The notes beneath the pieces are model-generated. The model was not told the origin of the DNA and searched no databases. It worked only from the letters and a program-made list of their open reading frames with translations. Of a DNA stretch of 64,000 nucleotides, positions 37,789-48,485 are shown in pieces. Position 1 is the stretch's first letter; each line of letters opens with the position of its first letter. The stretch is taken from positions 64,001-128,000 of the forward strand of contig CAVTMK010000003.1 in assembly GCA_963735805.1 (NCBI GenBank). Reading direction: 5' to 3'. This DNA comes from an uncultured Verrucomicrobiae bacterium. GTDB lineage: Bacteria; Verrucomicrobiota; Verrucomicrobiia; Chthoniobacterales; UBA10450. Position numbers and translations under genes: made by a program.

Positions 37789-40185
37789 ATGGACCCACCT
37801 GGGAATTCAATTGCATTTGGCGCACCTGGAATCGAGCCGCGCTGGACTTCGAGCGCCAAAGAAGGCGTGGGTACTGCCTATCATACCAGTTGCCGCGTTT
37901 GGTTCACTCTGAGCCACGGCATCCTGAACGAGATTTATTATCCGCATGTCGATCAACCGAATACGCGTGACTTTCAGTTTCTCATAAGCGACGGAGAAAC
38001 GTTTTGCCACGAGGAAAAACGCGACCTGATTCACGCAATCGATTATCCGGAACGCGATTGCCTTCTGTACCGTCTCACGAATTCGGACCCGGGTGATCGC
38101 TATCGGATTGTAAAAGATGTCTTCGCCGATCCGCATCAATCGGTCTTGCTGGTGCACACCAAATTGGAAGTGCTGGACGAATCGCTACGTCGCAAGCTGC
38201 GACTGTATGCATTACTGGCTCCTCACATCGCCGGTTTCGGCGCGGGCAACACGGGGCGGTGCGTTCAAGTGGGTGGTATCAAGCTTATCCGTGCGCAACG
38301 CGTAAACGTTCACCTGATTATGGCGTGCAGCACCGGCTTCTCTCGTCGCTCGGTAGGCTATGTCGGTTTCAGCGATGGTTGGCAGGATGTAATGCACCAT
38401 CTCAAAATGGAGTGGCAGTTTGAGTCGGCCGTGAACGGCAATATCGCGTTGACGGGGGAAATCAATCTTCCACACAGCGGTGAATTCACCATCGCTGTCG
38501 CATTTGGCCGGAGCTACCAGAGCACAACGGCCAAGTTATTCCAATCGCTGGCGGAGCCTTTCGAGTCACATCGTCAGGCGTATGTCCGCCAGTGGCAGCG
38601 AGCGGTTGTGAATCCAAAATTCGACTTTAGCGCCGACACATCCGACGGCGGCGGAATGTATCGACTGAGCCGTTGTGTGCTGACGGCACATGAAGACAAG
38701 GTTTTTCAAGGCGCGATTGTTGCGTCGATGAGTATCCCCTGGGGTGAAACCAAGGGCGACAACGATTTGGGGGGCTATCATCTCGTCTGGACTCGCGACC
38801 TCGTGCAAAGCGCAACAGCGCTCCTTGCCACAGGCCAGATGAGTACACCGTTGCGCGCGTTGATTTGGCTGGCCGCCATTCAGCGACCGGATGGAAGTTT
38901 TCCTCAGAACAGTTGGATTGATGGGACCGCGTATTGGTCTGGCCAGCAGCTCGACCAGATTGCCGCCCCGATATTGCTGGCCTGGCGTTTGCATAAACAA
39001 GACGCACTTGGTCTGTTCAGTCCGCGTATAATGATTGTACGCGCCGCCGCGCACTTGATTCTCCAAGGCCCGGTTACCAGCCAGGACCGGTGGGAAGAAA
39101 ACGCCGGTTACTCGCCTTCCACCCTTGCCACCGTGATTGCTGCCCTTGTCTGCGCAGCGGAATGGGCCACCGAATACCGCGAAACAACAGCCGCAGATTT
39201 TGTTTTTGCGTACGCCGACTGGCTGGCATCGCACCTCGAAGAATGGATGGTCACTACACAGGGTGACCTGGTCGAGGGATTCCCTCGTCATTACATCCGA
39301 ATCAATCCGACGGACCCCAACGCGCCTGATCCTCACCCCGATCCGAATACAACGATGATTCAACTGGCCAACGGCGGCGGCCTGCACCCTGCGCGAAATA
39401 TTGTTGGCGGCGATTTTCTGCATCTGGTGCGATTCGGGATTCGCGCCGCGAACGATCCAATCATTCGCGATTCAATCGAAGTCATCGATCGCGTGATCAA
39501 ACACGATCTGCCACAGGGCCCGTGCTGGCGTCGCTACAATCATGACGGCTATGGACAAAAGGCCGACGGTGGTGCTTTCGATGGAACAGGCGTTGGCCGT
39601 TGCTGGCCAATCTTGACGGGGGAACGAGGCCATTACGAACTTGCGGCCGGACGCGATCCGAGGCCGTTCATTGCGACGATAGAGAACTTTGCGAACCAGG
39701 GCGGCATGCTGACCGAACAGTTATGGGACGCACCTGACTTGCCGGAGGCCCATATGAAATTCGGGTGTCCGACCGGCGCAGCAATGCCGTTGTGTTGGTC
39801 GCACGCCGAATACACTGCACTCGTGCGCAGTTGTCATGACGGAGCTTGTATCGACTGCGTCGGGCCGGCATTTGAACGGTATGTATTGCACCCGGTGCAG
39901 AGCAATTATGAGATCTGGACGCTGCGTTATCCTGCGCGGCGCGTATCTCGCGGCAAAATTTTGCGAATCATTCTAGCTGCAAAGGCAACAGTTGTCTGGT
40001 CAATCGATGGCGGGGCGAGCAGCAATCTATTGGACACGATTCACGAGAGCAGATTGGATCTCTGGTACGCAGATTTTCCGACTGCAGACTGGCTGGCCGG
40101 TTCAGCGCTTACATTTACATTTTTTTGGAAACCCGAGCAGCGTTGGGAAGGCCGTAACTGGCAGATAGACCTTTTGGAAAAGTAA
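37789..40185 (+). CDS. Glycoside hydrolase family 15 glucoamylase/glucodextranase-like
   Basis: GGYHLVWTRD, QDRWEE, LTGERGHYE, EQLWD, AMPLCWSHAEY. Confidence 0.92.
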   Translation: MDPPGNSIAFGAPGIEPRWTSSAKEGVGTAYHTSCRVWFTLSHGILNEIYYPHVDQPNTRDFQFLISDGETFCHEEKRDLIHAIDYPERDCLLYRLTNSDPGDRYRIVKDVFADPHQSVLLVHTKLEVLDESLRRKLRLYALLAPHIAGFGAGNTGRCVQVGGIKLIRAQRVNVHLIMACSTGFSRRSVGYVGFSDGWQDVMHHLKMEWQFESAVNGNIALTGEINLPHSGEFTIAVAFGRSYQSTTAKLFQSLAEPFESHRQAYVRQWQRAVVNPKFDFSADTSDGGGMYRLSRCVLTAHEDKVFQGAIVASMSIPWGETKGDNDLGGYHLVWTRDLVQSATALLATGQMSTPLRALIWLAAIQRPDGSFPQNSWIDGTAYWSGQQLDQIAAPILLAWRLHKQDALGLFSPRIMIVRAAAHLILQGPVTSQDRWEENAGYSPSTLATVIAALVCAAEWATEYRETTAADFVFAYADWLASHLEEWMVTTQGDLVEGFPRHYIRINPTDPNAPDPHPDPNTTMIQLANGGGLHPARNIVGGDFLHLVRFGIRAANDPIIRDSIEVIDRVIKHDLPQGPCWRRYNHDGYGQKADGGAFDGTGVGRCWPILTGERGHYELAAGRDPRPFIATIENFANQGGMLTEQLWDAPDLPEAHMKFGCPTGAAMPLCWSHAEYTALVRSCHDGACIDCVGPAFERYVLHPVQSNYEIWTLRYPARRVSRGKILRIILAAKATVVWSIDGGASSNLLDTIHESRLDLWYADFPTADWLAGSALTFTFFWKPEQRWEGRNWQIDLLEK

Positions 40186-40350
40186 TCTCAACCAACTAAT
40201 TCGGTGAATCCCCGTTTTCGGAACTGGCGAGGTGAGTAAGGCTCTCTGCAAATCTCGCACGACTGTGTTTCACAACTCCTGGCTACAAGGCAGCCATAAC
40301 GAGACTATGATGTCGCCTTCACGAACGAAAAAACATTTGAAACCAAAAAT

Positions 40351-41106
40351 ATGAAAATAGTCGTCCTCGGCGGCACCGGCCTCATTGGAAGCAAAGTGGT
40401 AAATCTCCTTTGCGCACGCGGCCACGAAGTCGTTGCGGCATCTCCTTCGCAGGGCATCAATTCGATTACCGGAGAAGGTTTAACTGAGGCGCTAAGCGGA
40501 GCGCAGGTTGTCGTGGACGTCACGAATTCCCCTTCGTTCGAAGACAAGGCCGTGCTGGAATTCTTCGAAACTTCGACCCGCAACATGCTCGCCGCCGAGG
40601 CGAAAACCGGAGTCGGTCACCACGTCGCGGTCTCTATTGTGGGCAGCGAACGGCTTCCCGCGAGCGGATACTTGCGCGCGAAAATGGCCCAGGAAAAACT
40701 GATCAAGGTTTCGCCAATTCCCTACACCATTGTCCGCGCCACGCAGTTTTTTGAGTTCGTTGGGCGCATCGCTGATGAGGCGACCAACGGGCAGACCGTT
40801 CACCTGCCCTCGGTATTATTTCAGCCGATTTTCTCGGACGACCTCGCCGCTAACCTGGCCAGAATCGCCGTCGCGAAGCCGTTGAATGGAACCATTGAGT
40901 TAGCCGGCCCTGAAGCCCTCCCGTTTGACGAGATCGTGCGTCAATACCTTGTAGCGCATCACGATCCCCGCACGGTCGTGAAGGACGAACAAGCCCGCTA
41001 CTTCGGCACCACGCTTGAGGAACGCAGCCTGGTCCCGGGCTCGAACGCGCTGCTCGGCCCGACCCATTTCGAAGCATGGCTTAGCCGCTCCGCTCCGCAG
41101 CGTTAA
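40351..41106 (+). CDS. Atypical SDR / NmrA-like NAD(P)-binding protein
   Basis: GGTGLIG, GYLRAK, IVRATQFFEF. Confidence 0.88.
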   Translation: MKIVVLGGTGLIGSKVVNLLCARGHEVVAASPSQGINSITGEGLTEALSGAQVVVDVTNSPSFEDKAVLEFFETSTRNMLAAEAKTGVGHHVAVSIVGSERLPASGYLRAKMAQEKLIKVSPIPYTIVRATQFFEFVGRIADEATNGQTVHLPSVLFQPIFSDDLAANLARIAVAKPLNGTIELAGPEALPFDEIVRQYLVAHHDPRTVVKDEQARYFGTTLEERSLVPGSNALLGPTHFEAWLSRSAPQR

Positions 41107-41162
41107 TCCGTTTGCGGAACGCACCAAGAACAACCAAACCACATACGAGAAAAACGATTACA

Positions 41163-41615
41163 ATGAAACAAATCCGAACTTCTAGACCACTCGGTCTGTC
41201 ACGCTTTGCCAACGCACTTATTGTTTGCGCACTCATCGCCGCTCTCGGCATGGGGGCGGTGATGGCCTCTGACAAGAATTCAAAGGTCACGCTCGTCTAC
41301 GAGCACGCTCTGCCCAACGTGCCAGGTAAAAGTATCAAGGGTGTGCTCGTCGAATATGGTCCCGGCGGTACGTCGTCGGCCCACACACATCCCAAGTCTG
41401 CTTTCATCTACGCGACTGTTCTCGAAGGAGCGATCCGGAGTTCGGTCAACAATGGGCCGGTCGTTACTTATCACGCCGGAGAAAGCTTCTCCGAGATGCC
41501 TGGTGACCGACACAGCGTTAGTGAGAACGCGAGCAAGACCGAACCCGCGAAACTGCTGGCCGTGTTCGTGGTAGATACGGACGAGAAGCAACTGACGACG
41601 CCGTACGAAGAATGA
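41163..41615 (+). CDS. Exported cupin domain protein
   Basis: Signal peptide; HTHP...VLEG and EMPGDRH cupin motifs. Confidence 0.88.
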   Translation: MKQIRTSRPLGLSRFANALIVCALIAALGMGAVMASDKNSKVTLVYEHALPNVPGKSIKGVLVEYGPGGTSSAHTHPKSAFIYATVLEGAIRSSVNNGPVVTYHAGESFSEMPGDRHSVSENASKTEPAKLLAVFVVDTDEKQLTTPYEE

Positions 41616-41929
41616 GACGGCGTGGAACGGCAAGATTTTACGAATGACTTCCGGTAATGGGAAGCCGCAACTGCCAGGTAACATTTTGTAAATCAACACC
41701 GTTGACCATATCCCAGTTCAGTCGCCGTGGTAACGACCGTAGCGCAACACTTCTCGGGCATTTCTCCTTGACTAGAGTGCACCAAAAAAATAGCAATGAA
41801 ACAGCAGTTACCGAGAAGTGCACAAAATGAAATCGCGAATTGGCACGCGAAACGACTCAGTTGCTGCAAGGTGCGCTCAGTCGGGGGCAACGCGCTGAGA
41901 AGGGAAAGCAAAGATGTAAGGTCCCTACG

Positions 41930-42862
41930 ATGCAGACGTCAAATGCGTTGGATCCGCAGTCGCCGCTGGCGCGTGCAATCTATGATTTAGGGATTGTTTC
42001 GAGCGTTGTCTTCGCTCTGATTTTTGCCCTTGTAACCGGCGCGATCATCTACGCAATTTTTCGCTTTCGCGCGCGCGCGGGTGAACCCGATCCGGAGCAA
42101 ATCCCCGGCAGCAAAAAGGTGGAAATTGCGTGGACAATCATTCCTTTCCTGATCGTCATCTTCCTTTTGGTAATGACACTCAGCGCGATGAATCGGGCTG
42201 ATCCGCCGCCCGCGCCTTCACCCGATTTGGTGGTGACCGGACATCAATTCTGGTGGCAGATTGATTACCCGAACTCCGGCGTAATTACAGCAAACGAAAT
42301 TCATATTCCCACCGGCAAACCGTTGTCAGTGCGGCTGGAGTCAAAGGATGTTTTGCACGAGTTCTGGGTACCGGAGTTGACTCGCAAGATGACCAATGTG
42401 CCGGGCCAACCTAACCACATCTGGATACAAGCCGACAGACCGGGCACTTACATCGGCCAGTGCTCGGAATTTTGCGGGGCGCAACATGCCTGGATGCGCA
42501 TCCTCGTTGTTGCCGAAGAGCCCGCGAAGTTCGAAGAATGGCAACGTGCTCAGTTACAAGCGGGCCAGGCACCGACAACTGATGCTACAGCAAAAGGACT
42601 GGCGCTCTTCCAGACGTCGACGTGCATCAACTGTCATGCTATCCGCGGAGTAGCTGGTGCGGATTTGCGGGTCGCGCCGGACCTCACGCACGTTGGAAGT
42701 CGCAGACAATTAGCTGCCGGTGTTATTGAGAATACGCCAGCGAACATGCGGCTTTGGCTCAAAAGCCCTCAGCACATCAAGCCGGGGTCGCTGATGCCGG
42801 ACTTTAACTTCACGGACGAACAGGTCGATCAACTATCGGCATATCTGTCGACGCTACAGTGA
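41930..42862 (+). CDS. coxB: Cytochrome c oxidase subunit II with fused cytochrome c (caa3 type)
   Basis: GHQFWW, DVLHEFW, CSEFCGAQHAWM CuA motif, CINCH heme c motif. Confidence 0.95.
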   Translation: MQTSNALDPQSPLARAIYDLGIVSSVVFALIFALVTGAIIYAIFRFRARAGEPDPEQIPGSKKVEIAWTIIPFLIVIFLLVMTLSAMNRADPPPAPSPDLVVTGHQFWWQIDYPNSGVITANEIHIPTGKPLSVRLESKDVLHEFWVPELTRKMTNVPGQPNHIWIQADRPGTYIGQCSEFCGAQHAWMRILVVAEEPAKFEEWQRAQLQAGQAPTTDATAKGLALFQTSTCINCHAIRGVAGADLRVAPDLTHVGSRRQLAAGVIENTPANMRLWLKSPQHIKPGSLMPDFNFTDEQVDQLSAYLSTLQ

Positions 42863-45093
42863 ACGGCACCACTACAATCGCAGAGTTCCGAGAGGCAGTC
42901 CTGGATCCGGCCAAGCGCGCACACTACCGACTCGCGTGGCTTTCCACCGTTGATCACAAGCGCATCGCCGTTCTCTACATGTTGACCGCTCTGGTCTTCT
43001 TTGTAATCGGCGGAGTCGAAGCGCTTTTCATCCGCCTGCAGTTGGCAGTTCCTAACAACCATTTTCTCCAGCCCGACACGTTCAACCAATTATTCACCAT
43101 GCACGGCACGACGATGATCTTTCTCGTCGTGATGCCGGTGTTATTTGGTCTGGTCAATTACGTTCTGCCGTTGCAGATCGGCGCGCGCGACATGGCTTTC
43201 CCGCGTCTCAACGCCTTTGGTTTCTGGTGTGTGCCGTTTGGCGGAATTCTTTTGCACTTTAGCGTGCTAGCAGGCGGCGCTCCCGCGGTCGGCTGGTTTT
43301 CCTATGCCCCTTTGAGCGAGACGCCCTACTCCTCATCGCCCGGGGTCGACTATTGGGCAGTCGCTATCTTCGTCCTGGGTATCGGCTCAATCAGCTTCGC
43401 CATCAACACCATCGCCACAGTTATTTCGCTGCGCGGCCCAGGAATGACGATGCGTCGCCTTCCGCTCTTTACCTGGATCAATTTCGTTAACGCGTTCATC
43501 ATTATTTTCGCTCTGCCAGTCTTAAACGCCGCGCTCGCCATGATCCTGATCGATCGCCTGCTACAAGGGCATTTCTTCCTGCCCTTTCGTGGAGGGTCAC
43601 CCGTTCTGTGGCAACATATCTTTTGGGCGTTCGGTCACCCAGAAGTTTATATCCTGGCTCTTCCAGCATTCGCAATCGTTTCCGAAATCATTCCGGTTTT
43701 TTCGCGGAAACCGATTTTCGGCTACGAATTTGTTGCTGCCTCAAGTGTAGCCATAGCCGTCCTAAGTCTGGGCGTTTGGGGACATCACATGTTCACCGTC
43801 GGGATGGGGCGCCCACTTGATGTGTTCTTCGCCATTTCCTCGATGCTCATTGCAATTCCAACTGGCGTAAAAGTGCTGAACTGGACCGCAACAATGCTAG
43901 GCGGGCGAATCCGTTTCGATGTACCGATGCTATGTTGTATCGCATTTCTGATCCAATTCCTTGTCGCGGGCCTCACCGGAATCAGTCATGCCGTCGTGCC
44001 ACTCGATTGGCAGACTAAAAACAGCTATTTCCTCGTCGCGCATTTCCATTTTGTTGCGGTGGGCGCCATCGTTTTCGCCGTCCTCGGCGCCATCCAATAT
44101 TGGTTCCCAAAGATGACCGGCCGCATGATGTCAGAGTCGCTAGGCCGTTGGACCTTCTGGCTAATGGTCATCGGCTTTAACATGACCTTCGTCATCCAAC
44201 ATTTTCTGGGTCTCCTGGGTATGCCACGCCGTGTCTATACCTATCCCGATCTTCCAAACTGGGGTTGGATGAATATGCTCTCGACCGCCGGCGTTTTCTT
44301 CATGAGCGCAGCCGCGCTGATCCTGGTTTGGAACTTAGCGAGTTCGTTTTTCCGCGGTAAAGTAGCTGGCGATAACCCATGGCACGCATGGACTCTCGAA
44401 TGGGCGACCACCTCGCCGCCACTGCATGAAAACTTTGTCGCGCTCCCGCCGATCCGTAGCCGACGCCCGCTATGGGATTTGGCTAATCCCGACCGGCCTG
44501 ACCCGATTGTGGGCGAGAATAACGCTGCGGTAATTCTTCCCGATCACAACGAGATTGGGACCCTAAGCTTCATCCTTTCCGAAACAGGATTCTTCGGGAC
44601 GCTTATTCTTGCCTATTTGTATTTCTACGCTCGGCCCGAGGCCGGTCCCGGACCGAAGGAACTGGATGTTCCGCGGACCCTGGTGTTCAGCGTTTGTCTT
44701 TTCGTGAGTAGTTTCACTTTCTGGCGATCCGAGGTCGCCCTGACGAAACAGCGTCGCGGTTCCATGCTTGGCTGGCTCGCCCTGACGATCCTGCTCGGCG
44801 GTGTCTTCCTGGTCGGCCAGGGAACGGAGTATTGGAAGCTGTTTCAGACCGGCGTCGATCTCAGTACCAATATGTTTTCAACCACGTTCTTCACCCTCAC
44901 TGGCTTCCACGGTTTGCACGTGCTTCTTGGTTTGATGGCGCTGCTGATTTTTCTCTGGCTGGCGTGGCAGCGTGATTTCGACTCTGACCGCCGTGAATCG
45001 GCCTTCAAGTCAGTCGGCTACTACTGGCACTTTGTCGATGTGGTCTGGGTCTTTGTTCTACTCACTGTTTACATCCTTCCACTTCTTCGATGA
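42859..45093 (+). CDS. coxA: Cytochrome c oxidase subunit I fused to subunit III
   Basis: TMHGT, FGHPEVY, WGHH, AHFH; C-terminal LTGFHGLHV and YWHFVDVVW of subunit III. Confidence 0.95.
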   Translation: MNGTTTIAEFREAVLDPAKRAHYRLAWLSTVDHKRIAVLYMLTALVFFVIGGVEALFIRLQLAVPNNHFLQPDTFNQLFTMHGTTMIFLVVMPVLFGLVNYVLPLQIGARDMAFPRLNAFGFWCVPFGGILLHFSVLAGGAPAVGWFSYAPLSETPYSSSPGVDYWAVAIFVLGIGSISFAINTIATVISLRGPGMTMRRLPLFTWINFVNAFIIIFALPVLNAALAMILIDRLLQGHFFLPFRGGSPVLWQHIFWAFGHPEVYILALPAFAIVSEIIPVFSRKPIFGYEFVAASSVAIAVLSLGVWGHHMFTVGMGRPLDVFFAISSMLIAIPTGVKVLNWTATMLGGRIRFDVPMLCCIAFLIQFLVAGLTGISHAVVPLDWQTKNSYFLVAHFHFVAVGAIVFAVLGAIQYWFPKMTGRMMSESLGRWTFWLMVIGFNMTFVIQHFLGLLGMPRRVYTYPDLPNWGWMNMLSTAGVFFMSAAALILVWNLASSFFRGKVAGDNPWHAWTLEWATTSPPLHENFVALPPIRSRRPLWDLANPDRPDPIVGENNAAVILPDHNEIGTLSFILSETGFFGTLILAYLYFYARPEAGPGPKELDVPRTLVFSVCLFVSSFTFWRSEVALTKQRRGSMLGWLALTILLGGVFLVGQGTEYWKLFQTGVDLSTNMFSTTFFTLTGFHGLHVLLGLMALLIFLWLAWQRDFDSDRRESAFKSVGYYWHFVDVVWVFVLLTVYILPLLR

Positions 45094-45860
45094 CTACCTA
45101 CCAATTCTTCACTACCGCCTGGACGTGGAATTCTGTTGTTCTTGTCCTTAGCGCGTTTGCCTTCAGTGGCTACTCTCTTGCCTTCGGACAACGAGGCCGG
45201 CCACTCTATTTCGTGGTTGCAATTGTTTTATTTCTTCTGGCCTTCATCTCACCGTTTAGCGCGCTGGCTAACGGTTACCTTTTCAGCGCGCACATGCTTC
45301 AACACATCCTGCTCGTGCTGATCGTTCCCGCGCTCTTGTTGCTAAGTCTCCCTCGGTCGTTCTCGCCTCGTCCTCCCTTTACCTATCTTAGTCATCCACT
45401 GGTCGGATGGGTTGCTGGAGTTGGTGCGATGTGGCTGTGGCACGCGCCCACACTTTGCAATGCGGCGGCTACGTCGAGGACTGTCTCGGCGATCCAGACT
45501 ACTTCGCTTCTAATAATGGGAAGCGTATTTTGGTGGCAGGTGCTGGCGCCGCGGGAAGAGCAACGGCTTTCACCGCCCGCGGGGATCGTTTACCTGTTTA
45601 CTGCATGCACTGCTTGCAGCGTCCTCGGCATTATCCTGACCTTTGCGCCAGTTTCGATTTGTCCGGTTTATCAACACCCGGTCGATCGATTGGGAATCCT
45701 CAGCACGATCCGCGGCAGTTGGGGCCTAACGAGTGACAGAGATCAGCAGATCGGCGGACTGCTCATGTGGGTTCCCATGTGCGCGATTTATGCAACTGCA
45801 ATTCTCGCCCAGCTCGTTCGCTGGCATTCATCACCACAGCCGGAACAATCAAATGCCTAA
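45090..45860 (+). CDS. caa3-type CtaG cytochrome c oxidase assembly factor
   Basis: FSAHMLQH, WLWHAP, DQQIGGLLMW. Confidence 0.88.
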   Translation: MTTYQFFTTAWTWNSVVLVLSAFAFSGYSLAFGQRGRPLYFVVAIVLFLLAFISPFSALANGYLFSAHMLQHILLVLIVPALLLLSLPRSFSPRPPFTYLSHPLVGWVAGVGAMWLWHAPTLCNAAATSRTVSAIQTTSLLIMGSVFWWQVLAPREEQRLSPPAGIVYLFTACTACSVLGIILTFAPVSICPVYQHPVDRLGILSTIRGSWGLTSDRDQQIGGLLMWVPMCAIYATAILAQLVRWHSSPQPEQSNA

Positions 45861-46092
45861 CGAACGATTACCGACACAACATTCAGACGTGGTGCCGCCA
45901 GGGTGGCAGATGTTACCGGATGTACCATTGCCTCGTCCAACCTACTTCCCAGCCGGGCTAGCCATGGGAGTCGCCTTTCTTTTTTGGGGATTAATCAGCA
46001 CCTGGGTCGTTTTGCTGGTTGGTGTTGCCCTCTTCATCGCAGCGCTTGCCGGTTGGATCACCGAAATTCGCCATGGATACAAAGCTCACTGA
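45853..46092 (+). CDS. Small two-TM protein, probable oxidase subunit IV-like
   Basis: LPRPTYFP then two TM helices ending GWITE; overlaps both neighbours. Confidence 0.65.
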   Translation: MPNERLPTQHSDVVPPGWQMLPDVPLPRPTYFPAGLAMGVAFLFWGLISTWVVLLVGVALFIAALAGWITEIRHGYKAH

Positions 46093-46612
46093 ATCGTCGT
46101 CTGCGCCGCCAAGTGAAACTCCTGAGGAGATTAGCCGTCGGCAATTTTTTGAAAAACTCTCCATCGCCTTGGTCGGACTCTGCACCGCGATTGTTGGAGT
46201 GCCCTTAGTCGGCTTCATCGTCGCGCCATTTTTTCGGAAGGTGCCGGAGAAATGGGTGACGCTGGGCAAGCCAGATGATTTCCAGATCGGCAAGACTGTC
46301 GCCGTAACGGTGACCGATCCTTCGTCGCTCCCCTGGGCCGGCGTCACAGCAAAGAGCGGCGTCTGGCTGCGACGCGTAAGTGAAGATAGCTTCATCGCCT
46401 TCTCAGCCAACTGCACGCATCTCGGGTGTCCGGTGCGCTGGCTGGAGGGCGCGGACCTTTTCATGTGTCCGTGTCATGGTGGTGTCTATTACAGTGACGG
46501 CAACGTTGCGGCCGGTCCGCCGCCGAAGCCGCTTTTCCGCTATGACGTGCGGGTTGCAAGCGGCGAGGTGCAAATGAAACAAGCGATCGTGCCGATTTCC
46601 AACACGCTGTGA
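46073..46612 (+). CDS. Rieske [2Fe-2S] subunit of quinol:cytochrome c reductase
   Basis: SRRQFF Tat signal; CTHLGC and CPCHG boxes. Confidence 0.93.
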   Translation: MDTKLTESSSAPPSETPEEISRRQFFEKLSIALVGLCTAIVGVPLVGFIVAPFFRKVPEKWVTLGKPDDFQIGKTVAVTVTDPSSLPWAGVTAKSGVWLRRVSEDSFIAFSANCTHLGCPVRWLEGADLFMCPCHGGVYYSDGNVAAGPPPKPLFRYDVRVASGEVQMKQAIVPISNTL

Positions 46613-48063
46613 TCAAGTTATTCCAAATAGTCTGGAACTGGCTCGACGATCGGCTCGGGATCAGCGTCCTGCTCTCGCCGATGAAGCATATCGCGCCGCA
46701 GGATTCGAAATGGTGGTACGTATTTGGCAGCGCCACACTCGTTGCGTTTGTCGTTCAGGTCGCAAGCGGCGTCGCGCTGGCGTTCTCCTACATTTCTTCG
46801 TCGTCGCAGGCTTACGAGACACTTCTATTCATAACTAACAATGCCCCGTTTGGCCGCTTCCTGCGCGGACTTCATTACTATGGTGCGTCCGCGATGGTGT
46901 TGATGATCGGGGCTCATATGGCGCAGACGTTTTTGTTTGGCGCCTACAAATTTCCGCGAGAGATGACGTGGACCACTGGAATCTGCCTTTTGGGCTTCAC
47001 CCTGGCGATGGGATTTACCGGGCAGCTACTCCGGTGGGATTCGACCGCAGCCTGGTCTGTTGTCGTCGCGGCGGAGCAGGCAGGGCGCATTCCGATTATT
47101 GGCGACTGGGTTGCCCGTTTCATCCTTGGCGGCAATACCATCGGCGGCGCGACGCTCAGTCGGTTCTTCGCCATTCATGTTTTCGTTCTGCCTGGAATCA
47201 TGTTTGCATTTATCGGGTTACATTTGTGGCTCGTTCTTCGCCACGGGATTTCGGAGCCGCCGGTTGCAGGCAAACCAGTGGACCCGGCAACGTACCGCGC
47301 GGAATACGAAGAACTACTCAAGAGGAGTGGCAAGCCATTTTGGCCGGACCTGGCATGGCGAGATGTGATTGTCGTCACGGGTCTGATCATCGCGATCGCT
47401 ATCGCCGCATTCTTCATCGGACCTCCGGCGTTGGATAGGCCGCCGGACCCGAGCATACTGGCAGCCGATCCACGACCGGATTGGTATCTAATTTGGTACT
47501 TCGCGCTGCTCGCACTCATTCCGCCCAAGATCGAAGGCTACGTCATGATCGGATTCCCAATCCTGATCGCGCTACTCCTGTTATTTGTTCCTATTTGGAA
47601 TCACAAAGGCGAGCGCGCTGCCTCCCGACGCCCCTGGGCGATTGCGGTCGTCTGTCTCTCGGTGATCATGATTGGTGGGCTTTGGTGGGAAGGACAGCAG
47701 TCGCCCTGGTCGCCTAATTTCGACGCTCAGCCGCTCAGCGAGAGAGTGGTAGGAGCTACAAGCGGTCCGGTCTTCAAAGGTGGCCAATTGTTTCACCACA
47801 AAGGATGCCTGAACTGCCATCTCATTCAGGGTTTCGGGGGTCGGCGCGGACCCGACCTAACCTACATCGCAGACACCCTGACGCGCGATAATTTGATCAT
47901 CCGCATCGTCAATGGCGGCACCAACATGCCGGCCTTTGGTTCCTCCCTTAAGCCGGGCGAGCTCGATGACCTGGTTGCATTCCTGGAGACACGCAAACGC
48001 TCGCTTCGTCCGCAAGATCAGGCGAACGACGCCGATTCATCTGCCATCTCCGCAGCTAAATGA
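46609..48063 (+). CDS. Cytochrome b (full length) fused to C-terminal cytochrome c
   Basis: Heme-ligand His pairs LHYYGAS...AHM and IHVF...LHL; PDWY Qo motif; CLNCH. Confidence 0.93.
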   Translation: MIKLFQIVWNWLDDRLGISVLLSPMKHIAPQDSKWWYVFGSATLVAFVVQVASGVALAFSYISSSSQAYETLLFITNNAPFGRFLRGLHYYGASAMVLMIGAHMAQTFLFGAYKFPREMTWTTGICLLGFTLAMGFTGQLLRWDSTAAWSVVVAAEQAGRIPIIGDWVARFILGGNTIGGATLSRFFAIHVFVLPGIMFAFIGLHLWLVLRHGISEPPVAGKPVDPATYRAEYEELLKRSGKPFWPDLAWRDVIVVTGLIIAIAIAAFFIGPPALDRPPDPSILAADPRPDWYLIWYFALLALIPPKIEGYVMIGFPILIALLLLFVPIWNHKGERAASRRPWAIAVVCLSVIMIGGLWWEGQQSPWSPNFDAQPLSERVVGATSGPVFKGGQLFHHKGCLNCHLIQGFGGRRGPDLTYIADTLTRDNLIIRIVNGGTNMPAFGSSLKPGELDDLVAFLETRKRSLRPQDQANDADSSAISAAK

Positions 48064-48159
48064 AAGCGCACACCCAAAAGAATTCGTAGCGTCTAACAAA
48101 AAAATAGCTTTATGCCAGCACAAATCACTCGAGCAACTCTTCCAGTTTTGCGGATTGAT

Positions 48160-48404
48160 GGTCTGGTCTTCCGAGTCTTTTGCCGTTAGCGATACACCTC
48201 CGTTTCCGTCACGTCTGACAAAACGATGCGCTCTGGCGCGCTCGGCGCCGGCACAGCGCTGCTCGTCTCACTCGTCGTTTTCTTTGCGTGGCTTGCGAAA
48301 GCCGGAGTCATGGTGAATTTCTGTTCGGAAACCGTTATGGTCGGGGTTTAGATGCGGTGTAGCACTGCCAGCTTGAAGCTTTCCGTGGCAATCACGACGA
48401 ATTC
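48160..48404 (+). pseudogene. Degenerate SulP transporter relic
   Basis: GLVFRVFCR*RYTSVSVTS...MRSGALGAGTALLVSLVVFFAWLAKAGVMVNFCSETVM aligns with the intact SulP at about 31870-32185; has a stop, deletions and a frameshift. Confidence 0.8.
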
Positions 48405-48485
48405 GTGTTGGATGAAAATATCAGGAGCGTCGATTTTCGAGTTGCTTGCATCTACACTCGACACTTCAGTTTGCGATCAACGATA

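Noticed and set aside
41616..41929. FNR/CRP box upstream of the respiratory operon
   Set aside because: Only half-sites (ATCAA, TTGAC) without correct TTGAT-N4-ATCAA spacing
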